NCBI RefSeq assembly: GCF_001194135.2
Contig: NC_068989.1
Location: 28,022,761-28,078,936 of the forward strand
Reading direction: 5' to 3'
Length of the DNA stretch: 56,176 bases
Origin: Octopus bimaculoides
Lineage: Eukaryota
Below are positions 39,319-51,935 of this stretch, one piece after another (position 1 is the stretch's first letter; the number at the start of each line of letters is the position of its first letter). The translations under genes and the position numbers were made by a program. The notes under the pieces are model-generated. The model did no database searches and had not been told where the DNA came from. It was given only the letters and a program-made list of their open reading frames with translations.

Positions 39319-40435
39319 TACAAGGGTTGGACAAAATAATGGAAACACCTTAAAATTTCAAACAAATTTATTTTGATATGGGGTAGGACCGCCTTTAGCA
39401 GTAATTACAGCTTGAATTCTACGAGCTATGGACTCGTACAAAGTGAATTGTTTCCAAAATAATTTTTGTCCATTCTTCAGCTAAAAAGGTCTCCAGCTCT
39501 TGTGATGATGATGGTGGAGGATATCGACACCTTACATGCTTTTTTAAAATTCACCATAAATGTTCAATAATATTGAGATCGGGGGACTGTGGTGGCCAGA
39601 TAAGATGTTCAACTTCACTAGAACATTCAGTAACAAATTTAGTTGTGTGAATTGGTGCATTATCATCATGAAAGATTGCGTTTCCCTCCGGAAACAGTTA
39701 CGCAACCATAGGATGAATTTCATCATATAAACTGCTTAAATAGTCTTGACTATAAATTCTGCCATGAAGGGAAACTATTGGGCTGGCGTATTTCCAAGAT
39801 ATAGCCCCGCAGATCATCACAGATTCTCCTCCATTTTTAACAGTTGGAAGAAGGCAGTCTGGATCAAATGCTTCTTTTGACTGTCTCCATACGTATATTC
39901 GGCCGGTGGTCGGAAATAAGGTGAATGATGACTCGTCCGAGAAAATAATATTCTTCCACTGATCGAGGGGCCAATTCTGTTGGCTTTTACTCCACTTTGC
40001 AACGTTTGTTTTTGAAAGTAGTGGTTTTCTGATTGCAGCCCTCCCGTGAAATCCGGCTTTGTGCAGCACCCGGCGAACAGTTTTTGTGAAAACTGGTTCT
40101 CGAGGTGGTCATTAAGCTCTGCAGTATTTCTGGGAGCTGTACTTTTGTGATCCTTTCTAATAATTTGTGTAAGAGTCTGACGGCCTCTATCTGAAAGTTT
40201 TGGTTTTCTTCCGGAATTTTCTTCGGCGAGGAGGTTTTTCCCTCTTTCTCAAAGGTTGTCNNNNNNNNNNGATAGATCTGTCATTTTAATGAATTTTAAT
40301 TACCTTTTTCTGATGATATCTGAAAAGAAACAGCAATTTTAGCAAAACATATAAAGCAACACTAATAATAAATCAAAAAACATAAAAATAAACAAGCTTT
40401 TGACGGTTTTATAGATATATCCAAATTATGATTCT
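39319..40435 (-). mobile_element. Tc1-like DNA transposon, decayed, one terminus visible
   Basis: TA followed by CAAGGGTTGGACAAAATAATGGAAACACC terminus. Transposase motifs GFHGRAAIRKP, FSDES, FHDDNAPIH, WPPQSPDLNIIEHLW. Second TIR not found. Confidence 0.9.
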
Positions 40436-41234
40436 ATGTATTGTTATGTATTTGTCTGAATTTTTTTTTATCATATCTTATGAGGCTACTATGATAGGAA
40501 TTGTTTGTTTTTAGACTCCACATTCGAGTTACCTCTATTTCCAGCTCTTTGTATTTTGAAAATCTCTCCGTTTCTATTAGAGAAACATTGTCATCTGTTG
40601 GTATTGATACATCGATTAGAAAGTAGATATTTTCTTGGTGATCTCTGACAACTATATCCGGCCTATTGGTCTTAATTTCTCTCTCTGTACGCATTGGCAT
40701 ATCCTAGAGTATGGTTGCTTTCTCATTTTCTGTAACCTTTTCTGGTGTGTGCACACACCATCTTTTTTTCTGTTGTTATTCCATAGTGTTAGTATAGCTT
40801 CCAGTGTATACAGGTCCCAACTCTGTCGTGTCTTTGAATATATTCCTTTATAGCCATGACTGGAAAACGAGACACAATATGATTTATTGTTTCTTCTTCA
40901 TCACCACATATTCTGCAGTTACTTGTATTTCTTTTCATAACATGTTTTGGTAATTTCTGGTGGGAAGACTTGTTCTAGAACTTCAAATCTCTACAAGTTT
41001 CTGCTTTGAGTCCTGAACTTCTCAGCCATTGTTGGGATTTTGCTTTGTCTATTTATTTTCTGTTTAGGTTAGCCTAATATGTGCCACGAAGGAGATTTTC
41101 TTGCCATCGCTTTATTATGATCCGTTGCTGTTTCAGTTCTTGTTTAAATTTCAGTTGTTTTACGTCTTTTTTTTTCTTCTTTTCCTTCATATTTGTTAGA
41201 AGTCATAGTAATGACTTGTTTTTGTACTTTCAGA
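40436..41234 (-). mobile_element. R4/Dong-clade fragment C (CCHC + RLE)
   Basis: CRICGDEEETINHIVS, RHDRV, TNRPDIVVRDHQENIYFLIDVSIP, KYKELEIEV. 3' end truncated next to the Tc1 element. Confidence 0.88.
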
Positions 41235-41281
41235 TGTTGTTGTTGTTGTTGTTGTCGTTGTTATTATTATTATTATTATTA

Positions 41282-41361
<80 letters not shown>

Positions 41362-41362
41362 T
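41235..41362. repeat. (GTT)n + (TTA)n microsatellite between R4 fragments
   Basis: Direct reading of the sequence. Confidence 0.98.
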
Positions 41363-41738
41363 TATGTTTGAGTTTTGCTTTACATTTGTACAAGTTGACC
41401 TCAAGAGGCAACGAGTTAGAAGTTCATGTTGGTGTTACGCCTATGGTGCTATATATTTGGTTTTGTACATAATGTTGTTCTAGAGAATGTTTAAGAAACC
41501 ACAAGAAAATTAAGTTTGTTTTAAAACTTAAGATTACATAGAAAGTATTGTGCGTAGGATATGGGCAGTTCCCATGAGCACTATCTTTTGAATTTCTGTC
41601 ATTTTGGTGTTTCCTGATATCTGAGCTAGGTAGCAATCAGCTCCTTTTGCGATCATTCGCAGGGCACCTATGACAACAGGTGGTGTTTTAGTCTTCAGGT
41701 TCCACATTTTGCTAATTTCTATTTCAAGATCTTTTACT
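41363..41738 (-). mobile_element. R4/Dong-clade fragment B (RLE C-terminus + 3' UTR ending in (TAA)n)
   Basis: KDLEIEISKMWNLKTKTPPVVIGAL...IQKIVLMGTAHILR, then UTR running into (TAA)n. (TAA)n also lies at its 5' junction (41739-41767). Confidence 0.85.
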
Positions 41739-41767
41739 TTATTATTATTATTATTGTTATTATTATT

Positions 41768-42618
41768 CTGCTCTCCTTAGAATGCGAGCTGTAGCCATTA
41801 ATGCTGTCTTCTGGATCAATTCTTAATATGTTTTTCAAAGCTCTTGGAAACTGCACCTAATGCCCCATTACCACCGGTATCACCATTACTTACCTCGTGC
41901 CCCATAACTTTCCTATCTCGTCCCGCAGTGGCTGGTATTTATCACTCTTTTCTTTTCCTTACATTTAACCTCGAATCGCCTGGTTTTGCAACATCTATTA
42001 TCTTTGCTTCTTTTTCATCTTTATGGAGGATCACGATATCAGGCCGTCTCGCTTGTATGAGTTGGTCGTACTGTATGTTAAAATCCCAGACTATTGTGTA
42101 ATGTTCGTTTCCCTCTTCTCCCTTTGGCCTGTTTCATACCATTGTTCGGCTCTCTCGAGTTTGCTTTACCGCACAACTGCCAGTGGACATATCTGGCAAC
42201 ATTGTCGTGTCTCCTTTTGCATTCGCGTTGTGCTAGCTTACAGCACTCACTAACAATATGGCTTATACTTTCTCCCTTCTCAGAGTACATCCTACACTGT
42301 AGCGAGTCAGTGCTTTTATCAATGTGATATGTGGACATTTCTTGTCCTGCCAGATTTTCTTCATCTGCTCTCTCTCGTCTTTCTTAAATTGTATTGGATC
42401 TACGGCTTTGTTCATTTTTAAGGTCCCCTGCATTTTCACTGCTTCAATCATTTCTTCTTTACTCCCCTTGGTATACTAGGCCAGGCTATCCTCCTCATCG
42501 CTAACACAACCTTCACAACATACCAGTCCCCGTCCTCCTCCTTTTCTCTTTACATACAATTTTTACATATCACTCTTGGGGTGTAGTTCCTTGTTCATTG
42601 TCATTAATTTACGTGTTC
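41768..42618 (-). mobile_element. R4/Dong-clade fragment A (thumb end, CCHC, RLE)
   Basis: TRKLMTMNKELHPKSD..LYVKRKGGGRGL, CRMYSEKGESISHIVSEC, RRHDNVA, RRPDIVILHKDEKEAKIIDVAKP, IQKTALMATARILRR. Confidence 0.9.

Positions 42619-42697
<79 letters not shown>
42619..42697. repeat. (TTA)n + (TTG)n microsatellite at the 5' junction of R4 fragment A
   Basis: Direct reading of the sequence. Confidence 0.98.
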
Positions 42698-43822
42698 AAT
42701 AACTGTAAAGCTCTGTGAAATGTAACTATCCAGGGTTTAGCTGACCGAAGAAATTCTAATTTGTTTTGTCGTTTCTCATCCAGTTAAGAAAAGAGGGTCA
42801 AGTTTAACAATTGTGTACAAGGGAGATCAATTAGCAGAATCGATAGGACGCAGAACGAAGTGTCACGAAATTTAATTACGTCCCTTTAGTTTCTTAGTTC
42901 TTAGCCAATTAAAATCAGTCTTTAATCCTTTTGAAGCAATCAATGACAAACTTTTTGAAAAGGTGTGCATCGGATTTATATTAGATATCAATGTGTCTGC
43001 GTGTTTATGTACTATGAAAGTAAGAGAACAGCCATCTTTGAATGGCTAAGAAATAAATACATTTTACATTCATGAAGTTTCAGAATCTTGGGCAAGTGAA
43101 TTTAATCATATTTTAGAAGTGAGACGAACTGAATGAAATTGAATACAAGAGAATTATGTAGAAACATAGTGGAGAGACTGCACCTGAAAGTCAAAGGTTC
43201 AGTCTTGTCACATATTACGTCACCCAGTGCTTGCTTCAGACTTATGTTAGGTATGTATGTGTCTGTGGAAAACTCAGGCACTTACCCGCTATTGCAATGA
43301 GAGAATGAATTCAATTGTTCGAGCATATAATATAATCAATGTCGAAAGGGGGTGTTACTTTATACTATGAAAGAATTACCACCATGTATTTGTTAGTAAT
43401 TTACAATTCCAACTGCAATTCGTTCGCACAGATGCTGAGACACTTGAGTAGTATCTCCTCATTACTATTTGGATGCCAGCACATTCAAGATAAATAATAA
43501 ACAGTCAAGTGACGGAGTATTCAGTACTGAATAAACTTGTGTGCTGTATAAATAAACGATATTTATTCTATAAAAACTGTAAAAACCTATTTAAACTTTC
43601 CAATGATTTTTTTAATGGCTGAACCTCGAGACATGCCGCCATATATTTCACGCTCTACACATAAAAACTTGGAAAAACCGCTAGCAATAAAACTAAATTG
43701 AATTTCATGAATAGAGGCAGAACGCTCCCTAATTTGATTTGTGATGATTCGCATTACCAACTCACTTTTTTGAAAACTCTAATTCTAGTTATTCAATCTA
43801 TTTACTATTCCTCTACTTGGTC

Positions 43823-43880
<58 letters not shown>

Positions 43881-45019
43881 NNNNNNNNNNNNNNNNNNNN
43901 NNNNNNNNNNNNNNNNNNNNNNNNNNNNNNNNNNNNNNNNNNNNNNNNNNNNNNNNNNNNNNNNNNNNNNNNNNNNNNNNNNNNNNNNNNNNNNNNNNNN
44001 NNNNNNNNNNNNNNNNNNNNNNNNNNNNNNNNNNNNNNNNNNNNNNNNNNNNNNNNNNNNNNNNNNNNNNNNNNNNNNNNNNNNNNNNNNNNNNNNNNNN
44101 NNNNNNNNNNNNNNNNNNNNNNNNNNNNNNNNNNNNNNNNNNNNNNNNNNNNNNNNNNNNNNNNNNNNNNNNNNNNNNNNNNNNNNNNNNNNNNNNNNNN
44201 NNNNNNNNNNNNNNNNNNNNNNNNNNNNNNNNNNNNNNNNNNNNNNNNNNNNNNNNNNNNNNNNNNNNNNNNNNNNNNNNNNNNNNNNNNNNNNNNNNNN
44301 NNNNNNNNNNNNNNNNNNNNNNNNNNNNNNNNNNNNNNNNNNNNNNNNNNNNNNNNNNNNNNNNNNNNNNNNNNNNNNNNNNNNNNNNNNNNNNNNNNNN
44401 NNNNNNNNNNNNNNNNNNNNNNNNNNNNNNNNNNNNNNNNNNNNNNNNNNNNNNNNNNNNNNNNNNNNNNNNNNNNNNNNNNNNNNNNNNNNNNNNNNNN
44501 NNNNNNNNNNNNNNNNNNNNNNNNNNNNNNNNNNNNNNNNNNNNNNNNNNNNNNNNNNNNNNNNNNNNNNNNNNNNNNNNNNNNNNNNNNNNNNNNNNNN
44601 NNNNNNNNNNNNNNNNNNNNNNNNNNNNNNNNNNNNNNNNNNNNNNNNNNNNNNNNNNNNNNNNNNNNNNNNNNNNNNNNNNNNNNNNNNNNNNNNNNNN
44701 NNNNNNNNNNNNNNNNNNNNNNNNNNNNNNNNNNNNNNNNNNNNNNNNNNNNNNNNNNNNNNNNNNNNNNNNNNNNNNNNNNNNNNNNNNNNNNNNNNNN
44801 NNNNNNNNNNNNNNNNNNNNNNNNNNNNNNNNNNNNNNNNNNNNNNNNNNNNNNNNNNNNNNNNNNNNNNNNNNGTGTGTGTGTGTGTGTGTATGTGTGT
44901 GTGTGTGTGTGTAGTTAATGCTGTTGAACTACAAACGTACACTCACTATTTAATTATTATTAAAGCGAAAAATATCTTAACTACAGAACTCAGAAGAAAA
45001 ACACATAAAAATAGAAATG

Positions 45020-45450
45020 AACACAAACATTAATTACCTTTGTCATTACCTACAACACAAGAAACAACGACATTCTCAATAATAGTAAAGGTACCGCCCA
45101 ATTCTTCAACAGTCCTCGAAAATGAACAAAATAATAACAGAATCAGAAATAATTTATCAGCAGGTTCCATGCACCCAGCCTGAAAAAGTTTTTAACTAAA
45201 ACAAGATTTACAACAAAAGAAGCAACACAGACAATACAAAAATGTGGTGACCCTCGTTGTGACAATATTTTTAAAATATATGCAAATAGGAAACCTTACC
45301 CAGAATGCTAAGAACACTACATTGGAGAAAAGGGCATTGAATTGTATGAGAGAATAAGGGTACTTTAGCAACAAATTCATGGGCACCCCATTTAAAACAC
45401 ATGTAATGAATAAGAGTATTTTATTCATAAATACATACCAAAACTGAATA
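45020..45450 (+). mobile_element. Penelope-like RT C-terminus/GIY-YIG relic with internal deletions
   Basis: FVITYNTRN, SLKKFLTKTRF, QKCGDPRC, HYIGEKGIELYERIRV..QQI. Related to 36822-37230. Confidence 0.7.
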
Positions 45451-45743
45451 AAAATAATACATAAGCTACTGAAATTACAATTACAAAAAATTTGAATCCA
45501 CTTGAAAACATCTAGCAAACAATCTTGCAGTTCATATGAGCGGTGTGTTTAACAGAAATCAAGGGAAAATAATTGTACTCACTCGTCTAGTTTTAGAACT
45601 AATCTTGCGTTTTGGATTATATTTGTTTTTCCAGGCTGTATATAAGTTTGTGTAAATTTATCCTCCAATGATAGTAAAATAGTAGAATTCTAGAATTCTA
45701 GAATTCAAGAATTTTGGGACTAAAAACAAGGAAAGTTATTGCT

Positions 45744-45780
<37 letters not shown>

Positions 45781-46849
45781 NNNNNNNNNNNNNNNNNNNN
45801 NNNNNNNNNNNNNNNNNNNNNNNNNNNNNNNNNNNNNNNNNNNNNNNNNNNNNNNNNNNNNNNNNNNNNNNNNNNNNNNNNNNNNNNNNNNNNNNNNNNN
45901 NNNNNNNNNNNNNNNNNNNNNNNNNNNNNNNNNNNNNNNNNNNNNNNNNNNNNNNNNNNNNNNNNNNNNNNNNNNNNNNNNNNNNNNNNNNNNNNNNNNN
46001 NNNNNNNNNNNNNNNNNNNNNNNNNNNNNNNNNNNNNNNNNNNNNNNNNNNNNNNNNNNNNNNNNNNNNNNNNNNNNNNNNNNNNNNNNNNNNNNNNNNN
46101 NNNNNNNNNNNNNNNNNNNNNNNNNNNNNNNNNNNNNNNNNNNNNNNNNNNNNNNNNNNNNNNNNNNNNNNNNNNNNNNNNNNNNNNNNNNNNNNNNNNN
46201 NNNNNNNNNNNNNNNNNNNNNNNNNNNNNNNNNNNNNNNNNNNNNNNNNNNNNNNNNNNNNNNNNNNNNNNNNNNNNNNNNNNNNNNNNNNNNNNNNNNN
46301 NNNNNNNNNNNNNNNNNNNNNNNNNNNNNNNNNNNNNNNNNNNNNNNNNNNNNNNNNNNNNNNNNNNNNNNNNNNNNNNNNNNNNNNNNNNNNNNNNNNN
46401 NNNNNNNNNNNNNNNNNNNNNNNNNNNNNNNNNNNNNNNNNNNNNNNNNNNNNNNNNNNNNNNNNNNNNNNNNNNNNNNNNNNNNNNNNNNNNNNNNNNN
46501 NNNNNNNNNNNNNNNNNNNNNNNNNNNNNNNNNNNNNNNNNNNNNNNNNNNNNNNNNNNNNNNNNNNNNNNNNNNNNNNNNNNNNNNNNNNNNNNNNNNN
46601 NNNNNNNNNNNNNNNNNNNNNNNNNNNNNNNNNNNNNNNNNNNNNNNNNNNNNNNNNNNNNNNNNNNNNNNNNNNNNNNNNNNNNNNNNNNNNNNNNNNN
46701 NNNNNNNNNNNNNNNNNNNNNNNNNNNNNNNNNNNNNNNNNNNNNNNNNNNNNNNNNNNNNNNNTATATATATATACATATATATATATACATATATATA
46801 TATGCATATATATATATACATATATATAAATACATGTAGATATATATGT

Positions 46850-48450
46850 ATTAATAATTTTGCCATAATGTGAATTCTTTGGGAAATATCTACCTATCAC
46901 CTCTCTAAACTGTGTAATCAAATTAGATTTAACATTTCTACCAAAAAGGATTATGAACCATACATTATTATCTTTAGTGTTATCGCAGTTTTTTGTATAA
47001 TTCTTTAAAAAATTTTAATTACCTATGTTACACTTATGAACATCTCTGGGTTTATTTTCCTTATTTTCTCTAAACTTATTCTTATGCTTATTATTCTTAT
47101 AATTCATACCTGTCTTAATATTGTTACAATCAGGTTTGACATAGTAAATCTTCTCTTTGTATCCTGCCCTATTTAATGCCGAATTATAGAATTGAGCTTC
47201 ATTACCAAAAACCTTATCATTTGCAGATAATTTAGAAAGTCTTAATGAAATATTTCTTACTAAATTATCGATAATTTTTCTAGGATGATTACTCCACTTA
47301 CTGATATATTTCAGGTTAGTAGAAGGTTTATGATATGGTCTATATGTCTCATTTTTAATATCTAATGCCACATCTAAGAAATTAGCTAAAGAAATATCGT
47401 CTTCATAAATGATATTCATCCCCATTCTACGAAAAAATCTAGCCAATCTACCTTTAATTCTCTGTAATTGTTGGTTGGAGCTATTCCTAATTTATAGAAG
47501 GCAATCATCCCTATATAGACCCCACCTAATCATAGGAAATTGATCCTCCAATTTATAAAGAATAAAAGAACCTACTATATCAGCTATTTGTGCGGAGTCC
47601 GAACTCCTCATGGCGACATCGAAAGCATCCGGTGTATCCTTACGTATCCATACTTTATCATTAAAACTAATAAAAGACTTCCTAGCAGCTAATATCACTT
47701 TAATTTCTTCTCTAGTAAGCCCTGCCTTATTATGAAAAAACCATAGTGCCTTATTCAATATGATCGGGTTAATGGATGTATAAGAATTAGCTATATCAAA
47801 TTGAATGAATTTAGTATTATTCTTGTCCTCAATAGAATTAAATCACCATATGACTTGGTCTGTATTCGACCACAAATTTAACTTCAACTTATCAACTATA
47901 ATAGTTATGTACTTATTTATAATGTTTTTACTCAGTATCCCTACGTCCGATTTTGTCGGGCAGATGAGTCTGAAAGATGGTTGTGTCAAACAATTCACTT
48001 TGTGATCTTTAAGAATGAATCTCGGTTCTTTTGGTATCATAAGTTCTGTTCTATCTGCTAGGTTGTATTTTTCCATTATCCCTTTGGTTTCCATATTTGC
48101 CTTCTTAAGAGTATTTTTATTTGTTATCTTATAATACTTCTCAATTTCTTTCTTCAGTAAATCTGTGTAGTGTTGTTTGGTTAATTTATAAATATTTCCG
48201 GTTTTATCAGATTTCACCAAAATTCCGTTAGTATTCCTTATTTCCTTAGTAATTGTATTCAGATATCTTAAATGTTGGTTCCTGTTCGACGATTTTTTTA
48301 AAATTTAGTATTCCTGACTACCGACCAAATTTCTTCCTCAAATCCATCCAATTTATGATTGTACGGTGGGTTTTTCCGGGATTTGAACAACTTCTTCTAT
48401 ATAATTTCTTTTCCTCCCTCTATTGTGGTAAAATATGGTAAATACTCAGA
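46850..48450 (-). mobile_element. Penelope-like RT (YRDD-type, probably Neptune-like), frameshifted and cut by a gap
   Basis: KSDKTGNIY, LKDHK, FRLICPTKSDVG, FDVAM..DIVG, GLYRDD, FLDVALD, YISKWSNHP, ALNRAGY, YFPKNSHYGKIIN. Confidence 0.9.
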
Positions 48451-49353
48451 AGTATTCAAAAAAATGTTAACCTTTTGCTATAATATTCTTCCTAATAATT
48501 TTCTGAATAACCTTAAATTTTAACTTTATACAATATGGCAATATTGTTAAAAATATTTAACTATAGTACCGATGATAAAATTTCCCCGGCATTATCATCA
48601 TTGGTCTACTAGAGTCTTGGAGGATTATATCCCATGGTGCAATCTTCTATGAATGCATTAATAAAATTCTACCTAAACTACTGTCGTAAATTTTAAACGC
48701 CATATGTGTTTAACTTATGGATTTGGTGCTTCTATATCAATATCAGCCTATCAATATTTGATGTCTTCAGTGTTATTTACCTTACTGTAGATTCTAACGA
48801 TTCTCGTGCCCTACGAGTTGATGTGCTTAGTTTCAGCGTATGACATTAAAATGATTCAGCTGGTGAGACTCCAGTTCTGGAGTTCTGGAGCAATAGGGTG
48901 CGCTCTGACCCGGAATTGAAGTACATGTCAGAATCCCACCTATGGTATAAGTAGATTTCCCAGGGGCAAAGGAGGTTGCCGTCATTTTTGACAAAGTCGT
49001 GGGGAGAAGAGACTCTGACATAAAACTTACAGTCAAAATAGTACCAGACATCTTGCAATACTTGTCTCTGTAACCTATTGTGGTGACCGAAAGAGTAGCA
49101 AAAAGTGTTGTGGAAGATTTTGTCACTTAAATCCAATAACGAATTTCATTTCTTGATACGTTATGTATTTTATATGGTTTTATGGTGATGGATACGGGGT
49201 GACGTATGAAGATATGGCCGCTTGGAATATCATATAATTTCATTGCTTAGTCTGAAAAGTCACGTCCGCGCGCATACAAAGATGAAGGTAAACCACAGCA
49301 ATCAGGCTGAATGTGAACGGTTATCTTCTGAAGAAATGAGGTAATCACCATAG

Positions 49354-49730
49354 GGCACAGGCTTGGATGTGTGGTAAGAAGCTTGCTTCCCAACCACATT
49401 GTTCCAGATTCAGTCCCACTCTGTGGCACCTTGGGCAAGTGTCTTCTAGTAGAGCCTGGAGATGTCCCAAGCCTTGTGAGTGGATTTGGTAGGCGGAAAC
49501 TGAAAGAAGGCCATCCTATATATGTATATGTGTATGTGTGTTTGTATGTCTTTGTGTCTGTGTTTGTACCCCCACTGCTTGGTAATCGGTGTTGGTGTGT
49601 TTACGTCCCCGTAACCTAGCGGTTCAGCATAAGAGTTAAGTATCAGGCTTTAAAAAAACGTACTGGGATCGATCCATTCGGTTAAAATTTCAAGATGGTG
49701 CCCTAGCATTTCACTGACTGGTAAAAGAAA
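49354..49730 (+). mobile_element. SINE family A, diverged
   Basis: GGATGTGTGGTAAGAAGCTTGC...GATTCAGTCCC...CCTTGGGCAAGTGTCTTC...TTTACGTCCCCGTAAC. Confidence 0.88.
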
Positions 49731-49926
49731 ATATACACTAGGAACACATAAATAGTAAGAATTAATCTATTCGATCCCTCAAGTTTTGTAGTAAGAGTAA
49801 TTTGAAAGAGACCTGGCACCTATTTCTACCTGGTGGTTTTAACCACATAAAAGCAAGATTCCGCGTAGGCAAGAGATATAAGGAAGACGTTTTCTCTATG
49901 AATAAAAATATATAGTGATAATAAAG

Positions 49927-50101
49927 GTCAGGAACGTTGGTGAAGAGGATAAGTCGATTACATCGACCCCAGAACTCAACTGGTACTTATTCAATCGACG
50001 CCGATAAGCAAAGTTAGCCTCAGCGGAATTTGATCTCAGAACATAAAGATACAGCTAAACATTTTACCCGACGTGCTAACGATTATGCCAGTTCGCCGCC
50101 T
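49927..50101 (-). mobile_element. SINE family B
   Basis: AAGTCGATTACATCGACCCC...TGGTACTTATT...GTGCTAACGATTATGCCAGTTCGCCGCC, the reverse complement of family B. Confidence 0.85.
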
Positions 50102-50940
50102 CAATAATATTGATAATAATAATAATAATAATAACTCATTAAGGTTAGATCTTCATTTTATGGCACTTCTTTTAACTGACTGAAGGAGTAAATTGATTGT
50201 TTTATTAGTTCGATTTTTTCATTCTCCTTTAAATGAGAAAATTAAAGCCTGACTAATTATGCTCACTAATGAAAAATGTGTCCTAGCAATTTCAAAGCTC
50301 GTTTCTCGCTGTATCGATCACGCAAAAGCTATACAATGATCATATACGAAGAATTAAAAGAAACTGCATGAGTAGCTTTCTGCGATAAAATAGACGAGAT
50401 TTTAGGAGAGGAGAGGAGAAAAGTGGGGCGGGGAGAAGATCGATAATTTAGATCAGTTACATAAACATAACCAAAAGAAAAAAGCATGTGTGTAAAGATG
50501 TATTATCTTTGTTTTAGTACGTATGTCGAAATTACTTTTCATCGTTTTCATTTAATTCAGATTTTAAAAAAGTTTCATTATATACATCTAAAAATTGCAG
50601 AGTAATAATGTCTATGTTTATGTTATATGCATGTTTCTGTGTGACATAGAAAGGGACGAGGAGGCAGGGAAATACGTAGATGAAGAAGGAAAGAGAGGGC
50701 GAAAATAAAAGAGCGATAAAATTAATATACAGGAGTGAATAGGGAAATGAAGAGGAGAGAAAATGGAAAAAGGGATAGTGGAAAGGGGAAATGAAGGGAC
50801 AAACGATAGAGAGGGTGAGGCAGAGGGAGTAAAGACTTATTTAACCCCTGTTCAAATCTGATTTAACAGGACCCCCATCAAGAATGTTCCAACAGCACAT
50901 TACAAACTTTTTAACATAGCATATCTAAGAAAATGTTATC

Positions 50941-50993
<53 letters not shown>

Positions 50994-51644
50994 TGAGGAG
51001 GAGGGGCAACAGCAGCAGCAGTTGTTGTTTTGTTATTGTAGGAGGAGAAAAAGTAGAAGGAAGATGTGTAATTTAACAGAATTATGTAAAATGCAATATA
51101 CTGAATGGCAGACTCAAAAACTGAAATTTCGCTTTGATTTGGCAAAAATACACAGGACCCCCTGACTCGCAAAGAAAAGATGGAACATGTTCAAGAACTT
51201 AAGAATTAATCTATCGTATTTAATCTTTAGTGAAATAAAACTCTCATCTTTCTAAGCAATAGAAAATCTCTATTAAACCTCATCAGCATAGCATAGTCAA
51301 CTGGAGCTCGCTTCATCAGGTCCTTTTTACATATAGAGAAAAATTTAGGAATAATATCTGGCCAGTATAATTCATATCTTTGAAGAAATAATTTAAAATG
51401 CATTAAGGGACATAATTCAATTGGGTGAACAGATCGAATTTATATAAATAACTTAAATGCTGATGTGCTAAATGTCGTGAGAATTCTTAATAATACATTT
51501 TAAACTAGAAACAATACCAAGGTTTATCACCGGTTATATGGATCTCAGTAGCTGATCGGTCATTATTTTATTGATTCCTGTTAAGTTCAGGTTTCACTAA
51601 ATGATAATTTCTTACATAAAAAATAAGCCATGAATATAAAGAGA

Positions 51645-51935
51645 GGAATATAAATCGTTTACATCGACCCCGGAAGGATAGAAGGCAAAGATGACCTCAA
51701 CTGGATTTGATCTCAAAATATAAGGAGTCACACAATATTGCAATGCATTTTATTGGAAACTCTAACTATTCTACCAGACCACCCTCCTCACTATATATTA
51801 TATAATAGTTTCTAATCTAAGTATAGGTCAACAAAGTTAAGATTCGCAGAGTTTGAACTCAGGACGTAAACGGTAGGAACAAATGCAGCAAAAAGTTTTT
51901 ATTCCGAAGCTCTAACGATCCTGCCTATCCATCAC
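51645..51935 (-). mobile_element. Two adjacent degenerate SINE family B fragments
   Basis: TTACATCGACCCCGGAAGGAT..GGCAAAG..GATCTCA and GAGTTTGAACTCAGGACGTAAA..CTAACGATCCTGCC. Confidence 0.6.

Larger units (their letters stand above)
3001..46763. other. Fifteen assembly N-gaps (about 5.7 kb), mostly at microsatellites
   Basis: N runs at about 3001, 3893, 7802, 8277, 11848, 15371, 17931, 21136, 22746, 23320, 27934, 35051, 40261, 43881 and 45781. Confidence 0.99.

Noticed and set aside
39560-39670. Unusual Tc1 catalytic spacing (32 residues between D and E instead of 34)
   Set aside because: The copy has stops and frameshifts nearby, so a secondary deletion is the simpler explanation. A consensus is needed.
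8167-46921. Long ORFs (260-461 aa) in the ORF track
   Set aside because: They consist of N-gaps and (TA)/(CA) repeats, so they are artefacts.
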